The notes under the pieces were generated by a model. It was not told where the DNA came from and ran no database searches. It worked only from the letters and a program-made list of their open reading frames with translations. Shown piece by piece: positions 1 to 11,866 of a DNA stretch of 34,564 bases (position 1 is its first letter; each line of letters begins with the position of its first letter). Source of the DNA: Octopus bimaculoides (Eukaryota); the NCBI RefSeq assembly GCF_001194135.2, contig NC_068982.1:69506425-69540988 (forward strand), written 5' to 3'. Both the position numbers and the translations under genes were made by a program.

Positions 1-365
1 TATGATGAAGCACTAGTCTAATCTTAAGTACTCTGTCACTTACGACCTCGATTACCTTATCCACCTATTTCTCCGCTAGAAGTATTCCTACGCCCCCGAC
101 CCCATCAGTGTTCCCTGCCCAGAAAATCTTGTACCTGTGTTCTTTGCCTGTGAGGAACCTCGCAGAACCTCCTCTCCATCTTACTTCCTGGATGCAGCAC
201 ATATCTACGCGTCTCCGTTCAAGCATCTCAACAATTTCACCAGATCTACCTTTCAGCGTGCCGACGTTGAGAGTGCCAATCCTAACAGTATGGGTGTTGG
301 GGGTGTGGGCCTGTAGCCTGGGAAGGGGAAAAGCAGTGTCGATATAAGTGACTAGGCTGTATCCT
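1..365 (-). mobile_element. RTE-clade LINE, N-terminal AP-endonuclease region (continues off the left edge)
   Basis: Translation RIGTLNVGTLKGRSGEIVEMLERRRVDMCCIQEVRW...GVGGVGILLAEK is an APE endonuclease N-terminus. A TGG>TAG stop lies at 65-67 and the frame continues VDKVIEVVSDRVLKIRLVL to base 1. Confidence 0.9.
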
Positions 366-526
366 ACTCTGCACACACAGATACAGATACATAATAGATC
401 TCTTAGTTTCTATCTAATTTCACTCACAGGGATTGATTGCTCAAAATGTCATGTGTCACTAAAACCAAAACAAGCCAACTTCGTACTCATGTTGTCACAC
501 CTGCACTAGCCACACCTACAGCTCTA

Positions 527-745
<219 letters not shown>

Positions 746-1214
746 TTATTATTACAGAAGTAAATTTCAAATCATTGCTATAACTTTTATAAAACAAAAC
801 CTAACTTCATCATTATACTACAAATGCAATAAAGATTGTAGTATTTACCTAGAATTACTTTAAAATAAAATAAACCTAAAGGGTTCTTTCCCTTTTCTTT
901 TTTTGCCATGGAGAAGTTTTGTTCTGAGGTGTGGAAATTTTTTGGGATCTATTTTAAAACGGGGGCCACATTTTTCATTAATGTTTTACGTAGTGTTTTT
1001 GGTACGGAAAGACTTTCAAACTTCGTATACTTATCTATTTTGTGTTATAGAACAGAAAAATATTTTTGTATTCGAATTTATTTCATGTAAAAAATTGTCT
1101 TATTTCGATAATTTCAACCAATCACTGACAAGTATTCAGTTGTTTACATTTACTCCTTTGGCTGATTAAGCGATGTAAAGCGTATTTAATCTCCATACCT
1201 TTGTTTTATTTGCT

Positions 1215-1260
1215 TTAACCCTAACCCTAACCCTAACTCTAGGGTTAGGGTTAGGGTTAA
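1215..1260. repeat. Perfect palindrome (CCCTAA)3-ACTC-(TTAGGG)3, 21-bp arms; second copy at 1538-1583
   Basis: ttaaccctaaccctaacccta actc tagggttagggttagggttaa, read directly. Confidence 0.97.
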
Positions 1261-1377
1261 TTGTTTCAGAATCGTTTGTTTATGTAGTCGGCACTTAATG
1301 TATATCGGCTGAATGGACGTCAGTGATTGGTTGAAATTACAGAAATACGACAACTTTAGCATGGAATAACTTATGGA

Positions 1378-1387
1378 NNNNNNNNNN
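1378..1387. other. Assembly gap (10 N) flanked by a 313-bp direct duplication (1065-1377 = 1388-1700)
   Basis: N run; the flanks match at a constant offset of 323. Confidence 0.95.
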
Positions 1388-2123
1388 TTTGTATTCGAAT
1401 TTATTTCATGTAAAAAATTGTCTTATTTCGATAATTTCAACCAATCACTGACAAGTATTCAGTTGTTTACATTTACTCCTTTGGCTGATTAAGCGATGTA
1501 AAGCGTATTTAATCTCCATACCTTTGTTTTATTTGCTTTAACCCTAACCCTAACCCTAACTCTAGGGTTAGGGTTAGGGTTAATTGTTTCAGAATCGTTT
1601 GTTTATGTAGTCGGCACTTAATGTATATCGGCTGAATGGACGTCAGTGATTGGTTGAAATTACAGAAATACGACAACTTTAGCATGGAATAACTTATGGA
1701 TTTCTTTTTTTTTTAAGAAGACTAAGAGAAAAAGATGTTTTATATGACACATTCTACCAGTGTTCCAAGTTTCAAAGTGTTTCGTTAATGAAAAATGTGG
1801 CCCCCGTTTTAAAAAAGATCCATTTTTTGAAGTTAAGCATATATGTGGCAACAAGATTGATTAGTAGAACATTATTGCAAGTTCATTGTTCTCTAATTCC
1901 CTCTTGCTGTCACCACTTTGCTCTTATACAAATGTCCAGACCTTTTATGGATGTAGATTTGTGAGCAATTTACCTCTACATAGTAGGTCTTAAAAACTCT
2001 TGCCAAGACTCTTCAAGGGTAATAACCTCACAAAGCAACAATGCTGTAACCCACAACACAGAACACATCAAATCCCTGATAATGAAGGACAGACCAACCA
2101 ACAACAGAAGTTTCATATCCTCA

Positions 2124-2360
2124 TTTCATCATTGATTTAAGGTCCACTTTTCCTTGTTTGCATGGGTCAGACAAAATTCATTAAGGCAGATTTTCTGTAG
2201 CCAGATGCCCCTCCTGTCACCAGCCATCACCTGTTTCCAATCAAGGTAATATTTCCCTATGGCTGGATATGTTTACATGGAAGACTGGAAGCATGAGACA
2301 CCACTTGTATAATGGTGATATTTGTTTGTAACTGTTATATAATATCAAGACAAGGAGTAA
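2124..2360 (-). mobile_element. SINE-like retroposon, RTE-tail family (family A)
   Basis: Degenerate copy of the module ...GATGCCC(T)TCCT...catgggtcagac; reverse homologue of 24885-25130. Boundaries approximate. Confidence 0.65.
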
Positions 2361-2679
2361 CAACACACACCTATATGAGTGAATGAACAAACAAAAGTAA
2401 GTGGCATTCAACACATGTTCTAAAAGTTATATATATTTTTAATAAAAGTTTGACTCAGCTCTTTTTGATTCATAGTTTCTTGGGTGTGTAGGACAAACCT
2501 ATCTCAATAGAAATCAAAAGAGTAAGGGATTGGAGACAATAGACTAAACTTTAAGTCATATGGATCTGAGTCAAATTGTTAGTGTGTCTTGATGAGTTCG
2601 ATAAATGAATGAAAGCGCTAATAAAGAATTATCCAAAATTCTGACTGCCTCCTTTTTCTCAATATACATATATATATAT

Positions 2680-2776
2680 NNNNNNNNNNNNNNNNNNNNN
2701 NNNNNNNNNNNNNNNNNNNNNNNNNNNNNNNNNNNNNNNNNNNNNNNNNNNNNNNNNNNNNNNNNNNNNNNNNNNN
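2680..2776. other. Assembly gap (97 N) following a (TA)n tract
   Basis: N run. Confidence 0.98.
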
Positions 2777-2782
2777 CATACA

Positions 2783-2978
2783 CAGGGTGGCCAAAAGTCA
2801 CGCACCAAAACATTTGACATTTTATTTATATTATGTTACTATTATTCATTTTGTTCATCATGAACAAGTACATGTGTATTCGTCATTATTTTATTCAATT
2901 TTAGAAAAAAATGAAGCCAGTCTTTGACAATTCCAGAACATATTAAACTTGTTTTGTGCCTGACTTTGGCCCATGCTG
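2783..2978. mobile_element. Tc1/mariner-type MITE
   Basis: Imperfect TIRs: cagggtggccaaaagtcacgcaccaaaac vs the reverse complement of gttttgtgcctgactttggcccatgctg; AT-rich non-coding interior. Confidence 0.6.
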
Positions 2979-3044
2979 CTAAGCTAATTTAGCCTCTTTC
3001 ATCTACCCTTGGTGTACCTCTTCTAATTTATATATATCTATATA

Positions 3045-4135
3045 CAGGGTGCCTAAGGTATTTGAGGACACTATTTTGGGCCATTGCTGCATTTTTTGCT
3101 AATTCTGTATAATCTTTCAGAAAATAATAATGGCAGACTCTCAGCTTACTCAAGAAATGAAGAAGCATGCTATTATTGTGGTTATAAAGGCTGAGCATAG
3201 CAATTTAGAAATATCTCAATTTTTAAAAGTTGCCACATCTTTCGTCTACACAGTTTGTGAGGAGCTAGAGACTGAAGATGGAAATGTATCACCAGTATCA
3301 AAGCATAAAGAGCATTCTAAACACTCTGAAATCATCAGAACACCTGAATTTATCCAGCAAGTTCAACACCGTTCATTACAATCTCAGAAATTACATGTGT
3401 TCAATTGCAAAGGATCTCCATGTATCAGAAGGAACAGTCAGGAATGTTGTCCATGAAGACATCAGATATAAGTCTTATATGATGAGGAAAGGTCAATTTA
3501 TCCCAAAAAGCAAAAGAAAATCGCTACATTAGATCTAAAAGGCTCTTAAACAAGCTGAAAAATCCAGCAGAAGATTTGAATTGGTTTTTCTCAAATGAGA
3601 AAAACTGCAATCAAGATCAAAAAGTTAACACAAGAAATGACAGATGGTTATGTGCAGACACTTCTGAAGTTCCAAGTGTTATGCATACAAAATTTCCTGC
3701 AACTGTCATGGTTTTAGTGGTTGTCAGCAATGAAGAACATATGATGCCTCCTTACTTCTTTCCACAAGGCCTTAGAGAATTATTTCCAGGACTTCTGCCG
3801 CCTACACTGAGGTCCTGGAATTGTTAAGCCCTGGATAGACAGTATATGCAATGGAAGATTATGTGTGTTTCAGTAAGATTCTGCACTATCACACATGGCT
3901 CTAGAAATACAGGAATGGATAGTTGAAAATTTTCATGATCACATATCCCCTAACATTTGGCCTCCTAATTCCCCAGATCTCAATCCATTGGACTATTATA
4001 TGTGGAGCGTTGTTGAGAGAGAGGTCAATAAACATGCCCATAACACCAAAGATTCTTTGAAAGCTGCCATAGTCAGAGTAATGTCTAAAATGAACCAGGA
4101 CCACTTGATTCGAGCTTGTAGATGATTTAGATCTC
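3045..4135 (+). mobile_element. maT (DD37D) transposon, degraded and 3'-truncated
   Basis: TA|CAGGGTG left end. Frameshifted transposase: HTH region SIAKDLHVSEGTVRNVVHED, FFSNEK, FQ*DSA...WPPNSPDLNPLDY, with 37 residues counted between the second and third catalytic Asp. No right TIR seen. Confidence 0.88.
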
Positions 4136-4330
4136 TCAATTGGATGACTATTGACCCTCATGAGTTCCTCAGCCCTTTGATGGGTTTTGTTTTGCATCTT
4201 GCAGGGTATGCAATAATTACACTCCTCACCAAGAAAGCTTGGTGGGGGTCGCCAGTTTGGTTGCTGATGACTTGACCATGTAACATGTTATACTGGGTTA
4301 CATGTAACCAGTAGCACTCAAGAGTGACCA
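4136..4330 (-). mobile_element. Probable 5' region of a non-LTR retroelement (structured, GC-richer fragment)
   Basis: Abruptly truncates the maT element; contains several hairpins; resembles LINE 5' UTR/ORF-start sequence. Family not established. Confidence 0.35.
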
Positions 4331-4333
4331 AAC

Positions 4334-4335
<2 letters not shown>

Positions 4336-4371
<36 letters not shown>
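4336..4371. repeat. (TA)n microsatellite
   Basis: Read directly. Confidence 0.95.
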
Positions 4372-4373
<2 letters not shown>

Positions 4374-4635
4374 TCATCATTATCATTATTTAACATCTGT
4401 CTTCCATGCTGGCTGGCATGGGTTGGATGGTTTGACAGGAGCCAGCCAGGTAGAATATTATACCAGGCTACTGTGTCTGTTTTGGCATGGTTTTTACAGT
4501 TGGATGCCTTTCCTAACACCAACCACTCCATAGAGAGAACCGAGTGCTTTTTATGTGGCATCAGCATAGGCGAGGTCAGTTTTGGCATGGTTTTCACAGC
4601 TGGATGTCCTTCCAAATGCCAACCCGTAGTGTGTA
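4371..4635 (-). mobile_element. SINE family A (RTE-tail, (GAT)n end)
   Basis: catcatcat...tttaacatctgtcttccatgctgg...ggatgcctttcctaacaccaacc...gtgctttt diagnostic module. Confidence 0.8.
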
Positions 4636-4654
4636 AAGGCTGAGCATAGCATAT

Positions 4655-4820
4655 ACTACAGGCTTCTTTCAAGTTTCCATCTATCAAATCCATTCACAAG
4701 GTTTTAGGGTTTTGATGGCCTGGAGCTATAGTTGAAAATGCTTTCCTAAGGTTCCATACAGTAGGACTGAACCCAAAATCATGTGGTTGGGAAGCAAACT
4801 TCTTAACCATGCAACTATTG
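4655..4820 (-). mobile_element. tRNA-head CORE-like SINE (family B)
   Basis: caggcttctttcaagtttcc...aaatccattcacaagg...gctatag...ggactgaaccc...atgtggttgggaagcaaac, homologous to 7400-7558. Confidence 0.8.
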
Positions 4821-5111
4821 CCAATACCTATATAAGTACGTTTTGTGTGTGTGTGTGTGCACTTGTATATACATATATGTATGTACATATGTGTGTGTAC
4901 ACACGCATATACACATACATACGGTTGTCTTTAATAAAGTTTCCTTCTATCATTTCCACACACAAATTATTGATTGGCAGAAGGTCACAGTAAAAAAATA
5001 TTTGCTCAGGATGTCATACCAGGATATAAAACTCACAATCACATGGTTATGAAACAAGCTTCATATTCAGTCATCCGTAATACCTACTGCGGTTTTAGCA
5101 AAGACATAAAC

Positions 5112-5360
5112 CAGTGGTTCTCAACGATTTTCTTCCTATGGACTCCTTTGATTTCTAATTCACTGGGGTGGACCACCATAGCCATTTGATGTTTAAAAAA
5201 ATTCTTTTGTATGTTTATATTATTAGGAATTGTATAAAAAAAATTTGATGAAATATTTTATGTATTGTAGAAGAATAACCAATTTGTTGTACATAAATTT
5301 TAATGACAAAATCTTATATAGACCCCCAAAGGTCAAATGGACCCAAGTTGAGAACTGCTG
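5112..5360. mobile_element. hAT (Charlie-like) MITE
   Basis: TIRs cagtggttctcaac / gttgagaactgctg (12/14); 8-bp TSD acataaac / acacaaac (7/8). Confidence 0.85.
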
Positions 5361-5551
5361 ACACAAACAATGAATGAAAGTGCAAATCAAATCAACAGAA
5401 ACCTAATAGCAGGCTTGGCTCTTCTCAATAGGAAAAGACAACTAAATTTGGACAAACTATTTTAATGACATAATTACATGGGGAAATTTCAGGATGATTT
5501 ACTCGTCTAAATATTTTGCATCAAGCAACTGGTACAAATTGCAACAATTTA

Positions 5552-5683
<132 letters not shown>

Positions 5684-5799
5684 TTAGAAATATCTAGCAC
5701 ATTTACCAGATACCTGCAGCGGAGTCTCTCAAACCATTTGGTCAGGGATTACTACATGAAAATTATCTTGGGATCAGATATTGTTCCCTAAACATAGTA

Positions 5800-5893
5800 T
5801 CAGGCTCAACCCCACTGCACAGCACCTTGAGAAGTACCTTCTGCCATAGACTCAAATTGACCAATACTTTGTGACTTCACGTGAAAGAAGCCC
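5800..5893 (+). mobile_element. SINE family B fragment
   Basis: ggctcaaccccactgcacagcaccttgagaagt...gaaagaagccc followed by (TA)n. Confidence 0.6.
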
Positions 5894-5905
5894 TATATAT
5901 ATATT

Positions 5906-5936
<31 letters not shown>

Positions 5937-6100
5937 TATCATCATCATTTAATATCCTTTGTCCATGCTGGCATGAGTTGGATGGTTTGACCAGGGCTGG
6001 AAAGCTGCACCCAGACTCCAGTCTGATTTGGCATGGTTTCTATGGTTGGGTGCCCTTCCTAACACCAACCATTCTGAGAGTGTAATGGGTGCTTTTACAT
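5937..6100 (-). mobile_element. SINE family A
   Basis: atcatcatcatttaatatcc...ccatgctggcatg...gtgcccttcctaacaccaacc...gtgcttttac. Confidence 0.8.
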
Positions 6101-6109
6101 GGGTTGCTT

Positions 6110-6174
6110 TTATATATAATATATATACGATAATATATATATTATTTAAATATAATATATATTTTATATATATG

Positions 6175-6251
<77 letters not shown>

Positions 6252-6252
6252 T
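6110..6252. repeat. AT-rich low-complexity tract plus (TC)n(TA)n compound microsatellite
   Basis: Read directly. Confidence 0.95.
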
Positions 6253-6554
6253 ATTTAAAACAGTTTAATTTGGTATTCCAGAAGCCTGAATGAGTCAGGC
6301 TTCTTTTAGGGACCTGCAAAACTTGAAGGAGCACAGAACTGAATAATACATGTAACTCTTACTAAATGTGTTGAGTACCCTTTTCTTTCGTTTGTCCACT
6401 CACTTGTATATAAATATATATATATATATATATATCATGAATGTATAAACTAGTGAACAACTGGTATCAAGTTACATTATGACATTTATATATTTAAACA
6501 TAATAGTTAAGTTAGTAAACTGCTACTAGTTGTTTGCCTATTTATACTTCTATT

Positions 6555-6927
6555 TTATTACCTCTGCTTTAGCGAAGGTGGAGGTGTTGTTTTCAGTCAT
6601 GTTTGTTTGTTTGTTTATCCGTGGACAAGATATCTCAAAAACTGCTGGATGGATTTGGATGAAACTTTCAGGGATGTTTCACCTCGTGACTGGCACAAAC
6701 TGATTAGATTTTGGAATCAATCCGGTACCAGACAAGGATTCTGGATTATTTTTCCGTTTTTTTTACTTAATTTTTGAGAGTGGTTGGGTTCATTTTTAGT
6801 ATTCTCGATTGTGAGAGCAGTCAAGTTTATTTCAGATATTCTCATTTTAAAAATCATCTCTGGCTAATCATTGAGAGGACATTGGTGTTGCCTTGGCAGA
6901 GGTTTGCGCTCTCTGAGTGCTCTTGTT
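6555..6927 (+). mobile_element. Helentron-associated non-autonomous element (HINE/DINE-like)
   Basis: 5' ttattacctctgc with a local inverted copy (ggtggaggt), a (GTTT)n microsatellite, a 3' subTIR ttggcagaggt, a 3' stem-loop gcgctctctgagtgc and a tcttgtt end. This is the canonical HINE layout. Confidence 0.75.
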
Positions 6928-7095
6928 ATATATGTACCTGCTCAATTGATAAACTAACTATAGCCAATTGTTGTTAAGCAGATAGCTATAAAATCACTAC
7001 TTTTAGTTGCAGTTCAAGTTGGAGCAAGTCAACTTGAGCACTAATTGTAAGTATCTACTATTACCTTACGTCACGAGACATAATATTACATGAGT

Positions 7096-7558
<463 letters not shown>

Positions 7559-8810
7559 ATAATATACAAAGAAAGTTTGTCAATTGACGTAATATAATAT
7601 GTACTATGTGTGCTAAGTTTGGTTTACATATAATATGTACTATTTGTGCTAAGTTCAGTTTACCATTAAAATTCCAGTTTGAACTGCAACTGAAAATTGT
7701 GGTGTTGAGACTACCCATGAAAGACAGCTAGAATAAATTTTTCCTTGAGTAGGTAGATATAGATGAAAGTAAAAAAATGAAAAAGCAAAACATTTGGCAT
7801 CACTTGAAAAAAAACCCATTTAATTTAATTTAGAGAATATAAATACATACAGTCTCTTAGAGCTGTTTCTAGAATAGCCAAGCATGTGGATCATGATATT
7901 GAGTAAGAATTTCATCATCAGAGAGGGAAGTCAGAGAAATGTAAAAATGATATTAGTATATTCCAAGGATATTAGTATACTCCACTTTGTCAAAATAAAA
8001 TAGGTATGTGTTATGCAGTTCAATGATTAAATAAATAATAATGTTATAGGTAAGTGTTGTGGTAGACACCCCCAAGTGAGAAATGGGCTGTTCCACTATT
8101 GATAAATAGTGGACAGTAGATGTACACTAGTCTGTATAGTGGGGGGGGGGTGCTTGTTGAAAGAGGTTAGAGGGTGCATATACACAGACAGATAGACAAA
8201 GGGATGAGAAATAGCAGATGTCAGATATTTTCATCCTCAAACTAATCACCAATACCATTTTTCTTTTTTTGAGTGATGCCAAATGTTTCACTTTTTCATT
8301 TTAATATGTGTATGTGTATATAACCTCAATAGTTTTTTATCACTTCCTCAAACTTAACAAGCAATGGTTGTATGATGTTGTTAAGTTATTGATTCTTGTA
8401 TAACATGTGAAATAGTTAACTATTCATCACAGTCACCTTTTTAGTTTATAAATATTCTTGAGAGTCTTTGTTTAGCATCAAACAGTTACAAATCATGTAT
8501 TCTTACAATGGTTACAAATAAGTTTTCATTTTATCCCTGTTTCTCATCCTGCCCACCCCTCACTACCTCCTCAATGATGGTCATGGATCTATTTCTCCTG
8601 TTCTTCTCTGGCAGCTCATAACCATCTGAGGTTCTATATTTATATATAATGTATCTGTAGTCATGTGTACATATGTTTGGGCATATATGAACATGCAGTT
8701 ATGTGTACATGTGTATGTAGGAAACACATATACATGTGTCTATGTTTGTATATACATGGCTATGCATGTATATGCAGATTATATGTTAGTCACAGGTGTA
8801 TATATGCAGA

Positions 8811-8813
<3 letters not shown>

Positions 8814-8889
<76 letters not shown>
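8814..8889. repeat. (TA)n microsatellite within a longer (ATGT/TG)-rich tract
   Basis: Read directly. Confidence 0.95.
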
Positions 8890-8892
<3 letters not shown>

Positions 8893-8984
8893 TACATACA
8901 TGTTATACACATACACACTGTCAATGCGCTTGGCAAAATTGAGGGAAACATATAAGTTACAGCATATGTCGAAAAACTCATTAC

Positions 8985-11600
8985 CTGGTTGCAGGCACTC
9001 GCAAACATCTTTTCAGAAATTTAAACCACTGTCCTAAATACCCCTACACTCTTCCAAACTCCATATCCTCAGGACTGCCATGTTAAATGATGGCTCGATG
9101 AAAAGCCAGTCCAGTGGGATTGTCGAAATGCTAAAGCGGAGGCACGTAGACATGTGCTGTGTACAAGAGGTAAGATGGAGAAGATCCTCTACTAGATTCT
9201 TCGTGGGCAGTGAACAGAGATAAGTAGTAGTGAAGACATGGATGCTGTAGGCATATCCATAGCAGAAAAATGAGTAAATAAAGTGATCGAGGCAGTCAGA
9301 GTGTGTTAAAGCTAAGATTAGTATTAGATTATACAACAGTAACATTTATCTCCACAAGCTGGACAGGCAGATGAACAGAAAGACCATTTCTATGAGTCCC
9401 TTCAGAAGATTACCCCAGTGACGGACAAAAACTTTATTATTGTGGCTAGTGATTTCAACAAACATGTTTGATAGTACTACACTGGATTTCATAGTGTACA
9501 TGGAGGTTTTGGTTCTAGAAATGAGGAGGCAACAAAACTATTAGAATTCACTGATGCTAATGACATTTTGATCTACAACTCTAACTTCAGAAAACCTACC
9601 AGCCACTTGACCACTTATGAACCTGGTGGAAACACAAACTATATTGACTACATTCTCACCAGAAATTAGTACAGGAAGATACTTGTGAATGCAAAGTCAC
9701 CTCCTGGTGAAAAATTGTACTACCCAACATAGGTTAGTAGTTAGTGATTTCAAACTTAGACCTAGAAGATATCAGAGACACAAACCAATTTGAAAAGGAA
9801 GATATGGAAGTTTAAGAATCCTTTAAACTGTTAGAGATTTAGAGATGTAATGGTTAAAGCATTTGACATAAAGGAGGAGATACAGACATAATATAGAGGA
9901 CAATTGGAAGTTCTTACAAGACAACCTACTGAGGGCTACAGACCAAATCTGTGGCTGGTGCAAAATTCCAACCAGATCAAGCATGACATGGTGCTGAAAC
10001 AGGGAAGCAGACCGAGCCATAAAAGTGAAGAGGAGGGCTTGGTAAGTTTGGAAGAATGGAGGCAGCAGAGAACTTAACTGAATAGCCAGAAGAGAAGCTA
10101 GAAAATAGGTCTATCTAACAAGGAAAAAAGCAGAAAAGAGGTTTATCAATGTTCTACATTGTGAGGATTAAAGACATGAGGAGTCTAGTAGAGGATGCTC
10201 TCCATCTTGCCTCTTGTACACAGCATACATCTATGTGCCCCTATCATTTAACATGGCAGTCCTGAGGATGTGAACCTTGGAAGAGTGAAGAGTGACTTGA
10301 TATATTGGTGTAAATTTATGAAAAAACATTTGCAAGTGATTGCAACCAGACAGTGTATCAGAGAAAATCAAGATGTTGTAGGGGAGAAGTGTGTGTGGAA
10401 TGATAATGGCATGCTTGCACATAGTAATTCTGAAAAGAAAGAGGTATAAAAACGCTATTACGAAAAAGTAGTAAATGTCAAGAATGAATGGGAAAAAGAG
10501 AAACTTTCTAAAGTGAACTCAAGAGCCATTCTTGTTGACAGCAGTGTTATAGATAAAGCAATTAAGAATATGAAGACTGGGAAAACCCCTAGTCCATCCT
10601 ATTTAATGTAGACCTTCAGGTCATAAAAAATGAATTTGAGACTGGCTACCCATGGGAACTCTTCTCTGCTGGTGACCTTGTTCTTATAGTTGAAACTATA
10701 GAAACATTAGAAATGAGATCCCAAGTCTGAAAGCAAAACCTGGAATCAAAGTGTTTTAAAGTTAATTTAGCAAAGACCAAAGTACTAGTTAACAGAAAAA
10801 CAGGAAAGGACACTAACCCCTTTGAGTAAATGACCCTGTTCTAAATGCAGAAAAGGTGTAGGTAGAAATTCAATACAGTATACTCAGTGCAAACTATGGA
10901 CACATAAGAGGTGCAATGAAATCACAGGAAAGTTAACACAAAAAATAAAATTTGTTTGTAGCAGATATGCAGGGGCAATAAATAAGGGTGCACAGGAAAT
11001 AAGTTTTGGAATGCCCAGGAAGCTCTCTAGAAGTAGTAGATAGTTTCTGTTAGTTAGGTGAATTACTTAGCAGTGAAGGAGGATGCTCTGAAAGTATTGT
11101 TGCTATAATAAGAACTGACTAGAGAAAGTTCAAACAACTATTATCTCTGTTGGTAATAAAAAGCTTCTCTCTCAGAGAGAAAGACAGATTGTACAATGCC
11201 TGTGTACAAACAGCAATGCTACATAGTAGTGAAACTTGGGCTGTGAGTGCAGAGAAATGATATGCAAAGACTAGAAAGAAATGATATGCAACATCCATGT
11301 GTATGTACAACAAAGTACATGTGCTGAGAGAAAAACAAATTGGGTATAAGAGACATCAGATGTAGTGTGCAAGAGAAAAGATAATGCTGGTATGGTTATA
11401 TAATGCAGATGGACAAAGAAAGCTGTATAAAAATTGCCAATCACTAAACAAGGAGTGAGCCTGTGGAAGAGGGAAATCCAGGATGATATGGGACAAATAG
11501 GTGAAGACTGACCTCAAGATGTTGAAAACCTTTTGGAGGAGACGATGGAGGACCAAGATGAATGGTAATATGCTGTGGTTAAGACCTGTCCATGTCAGTA
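8985..11600 (+). mobile_element. Old RTE LINE remnant (endonuclease through C-terminus; many stops and frameshifts; central RT partly deleted)
   Basis: SSGIVEMLKRRHVDMCCVQEVRW (about 9110), DFNKH, TQTILTTF/IDYIL region, IDKAIKNMKTGKTP (about 10550), YPWELFSAGDLVLI (decayed YADD), YNACVQTAMLHSSETWAV. Confidence 0.88.
10185..10349 (-). mobile_element. Inverted fragment of the RTE 5' region inserted inside the RTE remnant
   Basis: The reverse complement aligns to 8985-9195 with one 46-nt gap. Confidence 0.8.
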
Positions 11601-11639
11601 GGACAGAGGTTCTGTCAAGTCTTACCCCACAACTCATCT

Positions 11640-11826
11640 TCTAACACCTATTCTTTCATCAATCTTCTGTGCTACCCTATTTCCATCCTTCACTTACCCT
11701 CCACTGAACTGATATTCTCTGCATCTAATTCATTCCCTATCTCTAATCATTTGTCACACTATTCTCACTTTAGAGTATATACCAACACATCCACCTCTCT
11801 CCTATTCACAATATACTTTAACCTCA

Positions 11827-11866
<40 letters not shown>

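Larger units (their letters stand above)
903..1851. mobile_element. Unclassified fold-back/MITE-like element with 37-bp subterminal inverted repeats and an internal telomeric-repeat hairpin (true length about 625 bp if the gap duplication is removed)
   Basis: 945-981 vs 1785-1821 match 36/37 as an inverted repeat; TTGCCA (903-908) and TGGCAA (1846-1851) at the ends; no TSD found. Confidence 0.65.

Noticed and set aside
1215-1260. Ancient telomere-telomere fusion site
   Set aside because: The orientation is CCCTAA then TTAGGG, the opposite of a fusion scar; there are only three units per arm, and they lie inside a repeat element.
1388-1700. Tandem duplication giving two telomeric hairpins
   Set aside because: It is an apparently identical copy centred on a 10-N gap, most likely an unmerged contig overlap.
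7592-7663. 36-bp tandem duplication (33/36)
   Set aside because: An ordinary two-copy slippage duplication with no further structure; it is not a CRISPR-like array.
8086-8150. Small hairpin TCCACTATT-gata-AATAGTGGA and a G10 run
   Set aside because: Short enough to occur by chance in AT-rich DNA, with no supporting context.
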